This document shows, one piece after another, positions 38,586-51,492 of a DNA stretch of 64,000 bases; positions within the stretch are counted from its first letter, which is position 1; each line of letters opens with the position of its first letter. The notes under the pieces were generated by a model, which saw only the letters and a list, made by a program, of their open reading frames with translations, made no database searches and was not told where the DNA came from. The position numbers and the translations under genes were made by a program. The DNA lies in NCBI GenBank assembly GCA_951406725.2, contig OX597822.1, positions 85,746,001 through 85,810,000 of the forward strand. Direction: 5' to 3'. This DNA is from Octopus vulgaris (lineage: Eukaryota).

Positions 38586-41583
38586 CACACGATTCAAGTG
38601 TGATCGTTACCAGTGTCGCCTTAGTGGCACATATGACAATGGCACGTGAAAAACAACATTCGAGCATGGTCGTTGCCAGTGCCACTGGACTGGCTCTCAT
38701 GCACGTAGCACGTAATAAACACCTTTTGAGCATGGCTGTTGCCAGTACCGCCTGATTGGCGCTTGTGCCAGTGGCACATAAAAGCACCCACTACACTCTT
38801 GGAGTGGTTGACGTTAGGAAGAGCATTCAGCTGTAGAAACTCTGCCAGATCAGATTGGAGCCTGGTACAGCCTTCTGGCTCACCAGTCCTCTGTCAAACC
38901 GTCCAACCCATGCCAGCACGGAAAGCGGATGTTAAACGACAATGAATAATAATATTAATAATAATGATGATGATAATGATAATAATAATACAGCAAGATT
39001 CCATTTCATTCATATGGATTTTGTGTTGAAATTCTTTCAGAGTTGACTTTTCCTGTTTCATTTGTCAGAAGTCAATAAAATAAGCAGCGCCAGACATGGA
39101 AGTCGAATCAATCAACTAAGCTGCTTCCTTAAATGAAAAGAAAGTTTGGTCTTCTGCAAAGGTTAAACACTACCACCAACAACAACAACAGCACCAAAAC
39201 CAAGAACAACAACAAGACCATTATCATCAGCATTACTGTTTATTTACAGAAAAGATTGCAGCTACATTTTAAGTACAAAAATCAGTTCAATTGGCCAGTT
39301 ATCAAAGTGCTATAAAAAAGGGGGGAAAAAAAAAGAGGGAGGACCCAACATGTTTATTTATATTCTTGGAAAATCATTGGAAGCATGTTCCTCAGCTCTC
39401 ACAGACAGTCTGTCTGGTTATCTGCCAAAACAACTAAATTTTGATCACAATTTCTTTAGTTTTCAAGAATATTTTATAAAGCAAAGAAAAGCAAAAAGAA
39501 ATAAGGAAAAAGTTAACTGAACCAGGGAAACCTTTACAAAAAAATTACCAAAGTTATGACATGAAAGCTAACAGCAACTTTGAAGAAAATGGACAAAAAA
39601 AATGGCAGCAACAACCATCATCATCATCATCATCATCATAGTTGTGGGAGAGATAATGGCAATGATATATGGAAAGCCAAAGTATTTTAAAACCTGGTAT
39701 CTCAGCAGTTGTTCTTCTCTGCCTACAAATAATAGTATTTTAACCCTTAAGCATTCAACCAAATGCTTTTAGACAGCAGTGACGTGTGCTTATCCTTTTA
39801 GCATATAAACTGACCACATCAGGCCTAAATATTCTACATGTTTTATGTTCAAACCAGTCAGATCCAGCCTATCACACCCATCCTACAATGTAATTCTAAA
39901 AATAATATGCAATTACATCATCTAAGTTTCGAAACTATGGCATGATGCAAATAAATAAATATTAGATTTGAAAGAATAAAAAAGAAATCCTACATAGTAT
40001 TCTGTTGTTGTTTATTTTTTGTATTATTCTAAAGATAACGGTAAGAGATGGGTTTAAACAAAAGTTTGTGCACACAGGGGGTGATTTATCTCTTTCATCC
40101 TGGATACATTAGTAACAAACAAACACGCATGAAGGTGTCACGCATAGACATAAAATTAATGAAATACAAGAAATTGGGTTCAAATTTGAGCATAAGGTCA
40201 ACATGTTCAGGAGAAATTGATTACGTTGACCCTTGTATGCAACCGGTACTTATTTTATTGACCCCAAAAGGATAAAAGGTAAAGTCAACCTCAGCAGAAT
40301 TTGAACTCAGAACATAAGGACAGACGAAATGCCACTAAGCATTTTGTCCAGCGTGCTAACAATTCCACCAGCTTGCCAAAATATAATAAAGTAAGAGAAG
40401 AACTTAGCAAGAAGTTACTGTGTCCAGGTTAAAAGAAAACTAAATGTCCTTCACATGCAACACAACAGTCCATTTGTTTCCATAAACTTTTACACCTGTT
40501 CTTGCCTAGATTTCTGTCGTTTCATTCCCTAAAGCATTCTAACTCGTTAACTATATCATTAATATACAAGTCAGACACAGTATGTTATTGGTTGAACAAA
40601 CAGCAAACAGGACAGGTTTCAACTTAAATATTAACCTGAAAGATGCTAATCTAGAAGAGAGTGAGAGAGAGAGAGCCAGACAGCATAACAACCTGTAGTA
40701 GTAGTGATACAAGACATGACAGGAATACAAAGAATCTGATTATATGTGACAAGTGCAATCGATTGATTGATTGAAAGACAGATGGAATCAAGCAAAGGAC
40801 AAAAGGAAGAAAGAGATGAAGTGAGATGGAAAATAATTCTTCTACAAATCCACAAGGAAACATACAAATCACAATTTGTTAATTTTTCTCCTACAAGAAA
40901 ATTCCACACTGCCTCTGTCAGCTGATGGCTTCTAGATACTTCAAGACACGGTAAATAATGTCTTAGATTTACCCAGCTGCTACTAAAGTGAATCTTACTC
41001 AAACCACAGATCCACACAAGTCACAAAACCCATGCTGGGGTCATGTAGAAAGCACCCTTTCTACACACTGCAAAGTGGTCGGCATTAAGAAGGACGTCCA
41101 GTCAGAGAAACCATGGCAAAACAGACAATTGGAGCCTGGTGCAGCTCTCTGGCTCGCCAACTCCTGTCAGACCATCTGACTCATACCAGCATGGAAAACA
41201 GACATTAACTGATGATGATGATGATGATGGTGTGTGTGTGTGTGAAGGGACACGGCCAAGTGGTTGCACTGAGGATCAGGCAGTGTGTTGTGTTCTTGAG
41301 CAAAACACTTCAGGTTGCTCCAGTACCCCCTTTCGATAAGGGGGTGAATGTTGGCTTGCTCGCCTTTCCAACAGGGTGGCATCATTTGAAGGCTAAAACA
41401 ATGCAAAGTGCATTGTGACAGTAATGTGTAACAACACCTGATAGCTTGGTCAGTTACATAATCACATGATACACACACACACACATCATTCTATTGAGGC
41501 TGTTAAAAAATCTTTATAAACTGTTCCTCAGAGCTTCACATAACCATTTGAGTGACAATTACTATTTTTAAATCTCACAACGA

Positions 41584-41927
41584 TATTCAGCAACAGTAGT
41601 TTGAAGAAAAGAATGTTTGCCAACATAACATGGCAGTCCTGGCTTAGGATGAAGATTGCTGTAATTTAGCCCCAAGACACATCGTCTCCAGCTGGCTATA
41701 TGACACGATCTGTGTTCTTATATTTTCGAACAAGGGAATCTAGCACCCCCACTCAGTTCAAAACAATATCTGTGTACCAATATTGTTAGATTCCCTTGTT
41801 CAAAAATATAAGGACACAGATCATGTCGTACAGCCAGCTGGAGACAATGTCTCCTGGGGCTAAATTACAGCAACATTCATCCTAAACCAGGACTGTCATG
41901 TTATGTTGGCAAATAATCTTTACTCCA
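41584..41927. mobile_element. fold-back element with ~140-bp inverted arms
   Basis: 41601-41743 is the approximate reverse complement of 41785-41927. Homologous to 29356-29646. Confidence 0.85.
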
Positions 41928-43568
41928 TTGTGAATTTAAAGTCTTCATGGTTACAAATTCATCAAATAAACTTTTGAAGCTGATTGTCCAGCCCCATCAC
42001 CTTTTGCCCTTCTCTTACCAAAGATCTCTTCAAATATGCTGACTTTGGTTCAGTTAATTTTGCAACAAATGAAGAATTTAGTGAAATAACTCACTATTAA
42101 TATTTGGAACATAATTTAACAGAATTTTGATGGACTGTTTTAATTCAGATCCCTTTAAAAAAGAAAGTTTGTATCATAGAACCAGGAGGGGTGGTCTCGG
42201 GTGGGTTGGCATCAAAAGGGTTAAAAATGTTTTGATGATTTGATAATCAGGAATACTTATAAATTCACAATTGTTGGACAAATGGTCGCAAGAAACTCAG
42301 TTTGTGAAGTTATTTTTAACCACATCATCATTATCATCATCAATATCCGTTTTCCATGCTGGCATGGGTTGGACAGTTTGTCAGGAGCTAGCAAGGCTGG
42401 AGAGCTGCACTAGGTTCCAGTATCTGTTTTAAGATGGTTTCTTGTTTCTTTATTGCCCATAAAGGGCTACACACAGATGGGACAAACAAGGACAGAGAAA
42501 CAGATTAAGTGGATTATATCGACTCCAGTGCGTAACTGGTACTTAATTTATCGACCCCGAAAGGATGAAAGGCAAAGTCGACCTCGGCAGAATTTGAACT
42601 CAGAACATAACGGCAGACGAAATACCGCTAAGCATTTTGCCCGGCGTGCTAATGTTTCTGCCAGCTCGCTGTTTTGACATGGTTTCTACATCTGGATACC
42701 CTTCCTTACATCATCGACAACTTTACAGTGTACAAAGGGTGCTTTTCACGTGGCACCAGTGCTTTCTACATGGCACCAGCACCGGAGCCTTTTCACCTCA
42801 ATAGAATAATATTTCACTCTACCTTTGGTATTTGAGTACTATTTTCTTTACCTTGTTTTGCACCTTTGTGCGCACATACTCCCTCACTCATGCCCCACCC
42901 ATTCACTCACTCACCCACCCACCCACAAGAGAGACGATGATTATTGAGAGATTGGGGAAGGTAGCCTAAAAAGTAAAGAGAGTTGATGTGACTAATATCA
43001 CAGCAAGATAAACAACAAAACGTAACCAGAAAGAAAAACTAAAGCTATTTGATGGAATGTCATTGCAGTTCAATATTTTATGCCAACAGTTTATTTATGT
43101 TATCTCACTGAGAACAAAGCTGGGCAATGTAACAGATGAAATCATAAATCATAAATGAAGAGGAGTTGGCCACATGTAGAGCATGTCGTTAACTCCAATA
43201 TATCCCACAGGCAGACCCTCGCCTGAAATTCTCATGGTGAGAGAAAATGTGTGTGTGTAGGCATGTAACAGGTGATATTGAGTGAGTGCTGGAACCAGAT
43301 GCCAGGAGTATGAGGTAACTTTGAAAATATAATCTTTTCTACTCTAGGCACAAGGCCCGAAAATTTGGGGGAGGGGCCAGTTGATAAGGTCAACTCCAGT
43401 ATGCAACTGGTACTTAATTTATCGACCTCGAAAGGATGAAAGGCAAAGTCAACCTCGGTGGAATTTGAATTCAGAACGTGAAGACAGATGAAATACAGCT
43501 AAGCATTTCGCCTGGCTTGCTAACAATTCTGCCATCTCGCCGCCCTAAGGTGAATGAAATGTGAAGAA

Positions 43569-44166
43569 CAGTAGGGCTCAACCCTTTTTTGCCTATGAAC
43601 TCTTTTGATCTCTCTTTTACTCCAGGTTAAAAGAAAAATTCTGTTATATTTCAATAATTAAGTATTATTAAGAATTGCATTAATAAAGTTGTGAAAATAT
43701 ACTTTAGTTATTGGCACAGTGTAGCTGATTGGTAAGAAGCTTGCTTCTATGTGGCACCTTGGGCAAATGTCTTCTTCTATAGCCTTGGGCCAACCAAAAC
43801 CTTGTGAGTGGATTTGGCAGATGGATACTGAAAGAAGCCCATCGTGTGTATGTATGTACGTATATGCTTGTGTGTGTGTCTTTGTCCCCCCACCATCAGT
43901 TGACAACCGATGTCGGTGTGTTTATATCCCCGTAACTTAGTGGTTCGGCAAAAGAGATCAATAGAATAAGTACTAGGCTTACAAAAAATAATCCTGGGAT
44001 CGATTTGTTCGACTAAAAGGTGGTGCCCCAGCATGGCCACAGTCAAATAACTGAAAAGAATAGATGAATTGTAGATATGTAACCAATTTCTTACTTATAA
44101 ACTTTAACAACACAACTTCATACGCCCCACCCCCAGGATCATATGGACCCTATTTGAGAAGCATTG
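43569..44166. mobile_element. old hAT-like MITE interrupted by a family A SINE
   Basis: Degenerate TIRs cagtagggctcaa / ttgagaagcattg. The 8-bp flanks gtgaagaa and gtctagaa match at 6 of 8 positions. Confidence 0.4.
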
Positions 44167-44466
44167 GTCTAGAAGGAGTCTCTGGTTGGGAAATCAAACA
44201 AAAGAAAGGAAGAAAATAAAGTGGTCCCTGATGAGGATTTCTCCCTCTGACAAAGATACTCTCCCTAATTATGAAAATGTTTCATCTTTACATGTCAGTT
44301 GATGATTCCCTGTATGCAAAGCCATGCAAAATGAGAGAGAGAGATTGAGTCCATGTGTGCATGAGTATGTGTGACTGAGAAAGGGAGACTGTGTATGTGT
44401 GTGTGTGCATGTTTGTGTTGAAACTTCACTATAGGATTTAGTTCTGTTTTTCTATACAGACCCTGA

Positions 44467-44762
44467 TGGAGGCACATGGCCTAGTGGTTAGAGCAGCGGA
44501 CTTGCGGTCGAGGGTTCGAATCTCAGACCGGGTGGTGTGTGTGTTTATGAGCGAAACGCCTAAGCTCCACGCAGCTCCAGCAGAAGGTAGTAGCGAACCT
44601 CTGCTGACTCTTTCGCCACAACTTTCTCTCACTCTTTCTTCCTGCATCTTGCAGCTCACCTGCGATGGGCCGGCGTCCCATCCAGGTGAGGAACCTATAC
44701 GCCAAGAAACCGGGAAACCGGCCCTTATGAGCCAGGCATGGCTCAAGAAGGAACAAACAACA
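44467..44762 (+). mobile_element. full-length V-SINE-like element with TSD
   Basis: A box tggcctagtggtta and B box ggttcgaatc. V-domain-like cctgcgatgggccggcgtcccatccagg...gaaaccggga. (CAA) tail. TSD atacagac(c/t)ctga at 44454-44466 and 44763-44775. Confidence 0.8.
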
Positions 44763-45849
44763 ATACAGACTCTGAGAGAATGCTTCTGGAATACAGCATC
44801 CTTTTACATACTTCAGTCCCCCTCCACAGTGTTTGTTCCATGAGGTTATGGTGCCAATATAGGGGGGGGCACACACACATACACACTGTTCTTAAGCCAA
44901 AAATGGATTTTAAGAGCTCGTTTATTGAAGGTAAATAAATGAAAATTAAATTTCCTTTATTACATACAGCATAGACTTATTTATGTCAGATACCATTCCT
45001 AGACATTTTCAGTGTGTCCTGTCAAGAGCCAGGTAAAGTGAAGCACACCGGAATAAGCCAGGATTCTACCAAACATACACAGGAACAATCGAACAGGAAA
45101 TGTTGAAGTGAAGCCCTTCCCTCCCCATGGCACGTGGACTAGTACACAAATAGCACAGTCTATGACAACAACAGCAACAATATTTACACAAATATGCAAA
45201 TACTTTAATTCAAGTCGATGTTCAATATTTGGTTAGAATCTATGCAATGTCTGTCTGTCTGCAAGAAGGCAGTGAGCAAAATGCTTAGAAGCATTCCATC
45301 CATTTTTATGTTCTGAGTTCAAATTCCAGCGAGGCTGACTTTGCCTTTCATCCTTTTGGGATCAATAAAATAAGTACCAGTCGAACACTGTTGTTGATGT
45401 GATCAGCTTCAACCCCCACCCCCGGAAATTGCTGGCCTTGTGCCAGCAATTTGAATCCAATATTTCTACAATTGCATCATATACAAAACACACTCATTTA
45501 CTTTCATTTCATCAGGACTGTGATGGTTTAACGATTGATGGATGTTGATGGGGGTCCCTTGACCCTTCGGAGAAAGTTCATATCAATAAACACTTAACTA
45601 TTCCCCAATTCTGTTAGTTTTCCTCTTTGCCATCGCTATATACTTTATTCCCATCAAAACATAAACGAATGAATTGAATTAAAATAACATTCATTGCAAA
45701 TAAGAGCACCAGGAAAAGAAAAGATTAGGCGACCTCTGTGTGTGTGTGTGTGTGTGCATTATTCAAGAGACAAAGGAAAACATTCACACACACAAAAAAA
45801 TTGTATATATACCAACAAATAAATAATTCAAAACATATAAAAACTATAC

Positions 45850-45860
45850 GTGTGTGTGTG

Positions 45861-45891
<31 letters not shown>

Positions 45892-45894
45892 GTG

Positions 45895-45943
<49 letters not shown>

Positions 45944-46216
45944 TTATATATATATATATATACATGTGTATATATGTGTGTGTGTGTATATATATTATAT
46001 GCCTATATATATATATGAATACATATATATGTATGCATATGTGTGTGTATGTATATATGTATGTGTATATGTATATATGTATGTGTGTATGTATATGCAT
46101 ATATGTATGTGTGTGTGTATATATATATATGTATCTGTGTGTGTATATATATATGTGTGTGTGTGTATATATGTGTGTGTGTGTATATATATGTTTTCTT
46201 TTTCCCCATATTTTAT

Positions 46217-46262
<46 letters not shown>
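45850..46262. repeat. compound (TG)/(TA) microsatellite
   Basis: Direct inspection. Confidence 0.95.
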
Positions 46263-46264
<2 letters not shown>

Positions 46265-46860
46265 TAAAAAAAAAAACTTTGAATATGAAAATATAATTAG
46301 AAAATTTCAGAAGCCATTAAAACTGAGAAATAACAAACGAAAAAACTGAAAAGTTCTTAAAGATTAGAAGAGAAAGAAAAACATAAATCTAGTCTTATGT
46401 ACAAAAAGATATTGCTTTTATTGGTGAAAATTATTGTAAGAAATATGAACAACAACAACAACAACGAAAGTAGTAGTGATGATGGCAGTGGCAGTGGTGA
46501 TGGTGGTAAATAATTAAATATAGTATACATTGCTGTGGATTGAATCTAATTACAATTTTTTTTCTTTTTTCTTTAAATTGCCAGTTTCTCACAGAGAATC
46601 ACCTCCAGGAAGCAAGCACTTTACCAACTTCTGGCATCTAAGAAATCAATTTACTCAGTCAATTACACCCAATGAAAGAGAGAGGGAGAGGGGGAGAGAA
46701 CGAGAGAGAGAGAGATAAAGTGAAGAGCAAAATACACATACACACACATATATAGCATACGCAACACACACATATGTAGCATACATAACACACATATATA
46801 CACACAATTATATAGGCACACAAATACATATAAAAACACACATGCCCACACAGGTTTTCT

Positions 46861-46898
<38 letters not shown>

Positions 46899-49534
46899 TA
46901 TATTCTCCAAGACTTTGACAAGATGTCTACTAAATGTTGAAATGCTATTAAATTTCAAAGTAATATTTTGTTGTTAAAAGTTTTATTTCTTTATTGGGAA
47001 TGGAGTGTGTTTCTGACAATATAGCAATTAAAATTGAACTCTTCTCAGATGGAGGGGGGAAGGGGGGGAAAGGGGGCAGGGGGGTGGACAGCTTTTAGAT
47101 GGATTCTTTATTTGATTCCTTGTTTTCTTTTATTAAATTACAGACAATGAGGCCAGGGATGTGCGTGGGTGGAGTAGAAGAATGGTAAAACAGATGGTGA
47201 GGGGGTGGCCATGGCTGGAAATAGAAAATACAGGAAAGAGAAATTGGAAAGAACTAAACATAGCATATATAAATATTAAAAAAATGTATCTGTAAAAGTA
47301 TGTACATGTGTGTGTGTGTACATATATGTAAATACAGATGATGATGATGATGATGATAAGTGAACTCCAAAGAAAGATATAAAAAAAAGTAAACTGAATG
47401 AAAGTAGAAGAGAAAGAGAAGAGGATTGTGGGAAGTAAATTTAATCTTTGAAAGTAAACAATACAACAACATGAACAGAAAGAACACCAAACAAGAGAGA
47501 GAGAGAGAGAGAGAGAGAGGATAGCAAACAACAGAAATATGAACAACAACAACAATAAAGAAGAGCAATTATGACAATAAAGTAATTAAGTGTTGACATA
47601 CTGAATGATGGACATAAAAATGTCTCAATGAATTGTAATCTACCTCTTAGTTGGAGAAAGAAAACAAAAACTGAGAAGGAATAATCGTTAGCGCTTCATA
47701 AAATGGGAAATATATTAATAGGAAATAACTTCAAAAAATTGATTTTAAAACCTTCAATTCTCCTGAGCAAGTGGGGTGGTGTCTAATCTTGGTCTGTAGG
47801 GGCAATGATTACAATGGGCATATTGATTCAGTATTTTTGATACTTTTCAGTGTAGCCGAGTCAGCATGAGCTTAATTAGTTTAGAGGAGTTTTTAGATGA
47901 AAGAAAGAGAGCTAAAGAATGTGGACATGGATCCTCAACCACTAAAGGACAAACCAATTTGGGGGTCATTTAATATTGAGCCACAAGAAAGAATAAATTC
48001 TTTAATTTTACTTCTGTTTCATTAACTACTGCAGCCTACAGGATAGTTTTGCTTTTGCCAGGGCGACAGATTGGCTCCTGTGCCGGTGACACATGAAAAG
48101 CACCATTCGAGTGTAATCGTTGCTAGCGTCGCCTTACCAGCACATGAAAAACAACATTCGAGCATGGTCGTTGCAAGTGCCGCCGGACTGGTTCCTGTGC
48201 AGGTAGCACATAAAAAGCACCTTTTGAGCGTGGTCATTGCCTGACTTGCCCTCGTGCCTGTGGCATGTAAAAGCACCCACTACACTCTTGGAGTGGTTGG
48301 TGTTAGGAAGAGCATCCAGCTGCAGAAACTTTGCCAGATCAGATTGAGCCTGGTGCAGCTTCTGGCTCACCAGTCCTCAATCAAACCATCCAACCCATGC
48401 CAGCATGGAAAGCAGACGTTAAACAATGATGATGATGATATATGTAATAATTAAATTACATATTAGGTACTTTATTGTGTTTAATTATGCCTTTGATTCC
48501 CTAGTCTGTAGAGAAAGTAACTTACATGAAACTGGTGTGGCATGCAAAAAAAAAAAAAAGGCTGTGGGCTGCTGCTGTAGACCAATGTTTGTAAAAGTGT
48601 GTAAAATCATCTGACAGAAGGAATACTAAGATTGTTGTAGGAGATGAATAGGAGTTAAGTGATTGCTAAAGGAATGTAGGGGTTTATTGGTGGACCCTCC
48701 TCTTCTCAAATATCCAGTCCCATCACGAGAGACTAAAGAGAGCAATTGACTGAACAAGTTTGGAAACATTGGCAGAGCAACTTTTCATGGAGTCTTTTAC
48801 CAATTGTAATAACAACAACTGCAAAAACAGCCTGTAGATAATGCCAACAGTACAAATCTTACAACTTACAAGAAATAACAGCCAAATCTCCCTCAAATCA
48901 CACCTTACAGTTTTAAAAGGAGGAAACATGTATCCCTGATGATGCAGCAGCCCTACATACAATGTACATCATCATCATTATTTAACGTGCTGGCATGGGT
49001 TGGATAGTTTAACAGGAGCTGGCATGGCTGGAGAGCTGCACTAGGTTCCATTGTCTGTTTTGGTATGCTTTCTACAGCTGGATGCCCTTCCTAATGCCAA
49101 CCACTTTACAAAGTGGGCTGGGTGCTTTTTTACATGGCACCAGCATCCACAGGATCACCAAATATCTTACAAGACATTACAAAACAAAAGCCCCTCAACT
49201 GGGGGGGGTGTATTGAGGGGAGGAGTGGCATTGCACTAGTTGAGAGCTTTAAGGTATGGGGTGGGGGATGATGGTCATGGCTTGAACATCTTTGATCCTA
49301 ATTCTCAATCAGAGCTGACCAAAGGCTGTGCCATGATAATAACAACAACAACAATCCAGCTGTCATGTGGAATGAATTGCAATGTGTTTATTGAAAGGCT
49401 TCTGGTCAACCGGTTGGGTTGGTCGGTTGGAGAAGGGATAGATTCAGGGATAGATGGATACATATCCATTCACATATAAATACACATATACATATATACA
49501 AATATATACAGAGAGAGAGAGAGAGAGAGAGAGA

Positions 49535-49570
<36 letters not shown>

Positions 49571-50504
49571 ATAAACAGCTAAAATGTTGTTGGAAAGGGG
49601 GAAGTGTACTGGTTGCAGGGAATGGGGTGAGGCTGTTTGGTTCTCATAAAAGATGAAGGGGTGGGGAAGCAGTCCACCAGTCTTTAGAAGGCAACCCCTA
49701 CTGGATGGAATGGAGGAACAGAAAATCAATACGGGGTGCGGAAGGGGTGATAGAATGTGGTGTGGTGTTGTGTGTGTGTGTTGTAATGTGGAGTGGCATT
49801 GTTGTGAGGCATGGATGAAATGTGATAAATGAAGAATCACAATTGAGAAACTGATAGGAAGAAAGTCATGAGTCTAGGAGGGGGGAGGAGGCAAATATGG
49901 AACGGGGAGAGAGGGGGTTAATAAACATAAGGAAGAGTGAGAAGGAGGGAGCAGAGAGTATTTTTGGGTAATTGTGTGTTGAAGGTGTAAAAAAAGATAA
50001 AAAGAAAATTGCCTGGAGACAAAAAATGGAGAAAGGAATAAAAAACAAAACAAAAATGAAATAAACATTTAGCAAAAAAAAAATAACATTGGGGGAGGGG
50101 GGTATTCTGGCTTCAAAATAGTTTGTATTTTTTCTCCAATATCATCTTTAAGTGCCATCAAAACCAGCATCACCACAGTTTATCATCACCATCATCATCA
50201 CCACCGGATGTGATTACCAAAAGCTGCCACCTCCACCATTAGCACAACAACATCATGAGGAAACTTAACTCAAACCATGACTAACAATCTTTATCTCAGC
50301 CATTAACACCACCACCCTTCCCGACATCCCCCCACACACACACGTCCCATTATTCTCACCACTACAACAACCACCAACACCAACATCACAACTGCCACTG
50401 TTACAACTACAACAACAACAACAATAACAAAAATCTTCACACAAAATGTTTGAGCATCCTTGAAATCATGTCTGCAAATGTTCCACTTTGTTGCCTTTCC
50501 TTTG

Positions 50505-50538
<34 letters not shown>

Positions 50539-50577
50539 CTTTTATTTTTAATGTGGTGCATAAATGAAAGTGTATGC

Positions 50578-50612
<35 letters not shown>

Positions 50613-50959
50613 GCGAGGAGGATGGGAGATGGAATGCAGGAAAAGAAAGAAAGTGAAAAGCAAAGGAGGGGGGAGGGGTCAAGGGTGGACTAATGGAGAT
50701 TTTTTTTCCATTTCCATGATGTGAATAATACATGTGAATAACACATGTGAATAACACATTCACCTAAACAGACAGCATCAATGGTGTGTGTGTGGGGTGT
50801 GTGCATGAGTGGGAGTGTGCGAGTATTTGTGGAATTGTGCAATGTACATAAAGAGGAACAAATCTGAAGACCAAGGAAATATAGGGGAGGGGGGGGCTTA
50901 TATCAGCAGACTTGTTTGAGGGGACAAGAAAAAGAAGTGGTGGTGGAAGTTGATTGTGC

Positions 50960-50990
<31 letters not shown>

Positions 50991-51402
50991 CTCTTTTACT
51001 TGTTTCAGTCATTTGACTGTGGCCATGCTGGAGCACCGCCTTTAGTCAAGCAAATCTATCCCACAGCTGATTCTTTGTAAGCTCAGTACTTATTACATTA
51101 GTCTCTTTTACCGAACCACTAAGTTACAACCAGCATTGGTTGTCAAGTGATGTTAGGGGACAAACAGATACACAAACATATACATACATATACATATATA
51201 TGACGGGCTTCTTCCAGTTTCCATCTACCAAATCCACTCACAAGGCTTTGATCAGCCCAAAGCTATAGTAGAAAACACTTGCCTATGGTGCCACTCAGTG
51301 GGACTGAACCCGGGACCATGTGGTTGGTAAGCAAGCTACTTACCACACAACCACTCCTGCATTCCATCTCCCAGCCTCCTCTCTAACACACACACACAGT
51401 GC

Positions 51403-51492
<90 letters not shown>

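Noticed and set aside
39739-42224. piggyBac-like TTAACCCTT / AAGGGTTAA ends as one element
   Set aside because: Internal sequences next to the two ends do not match beyond 9 bp; more likely fragments of separate MITEs.
45738-46349. 203-aa ORF and overlapping ORFs
   Set aside because: These are translations of (TG)/(TA) microsatellite. The same applies to most short ORFs in the track.
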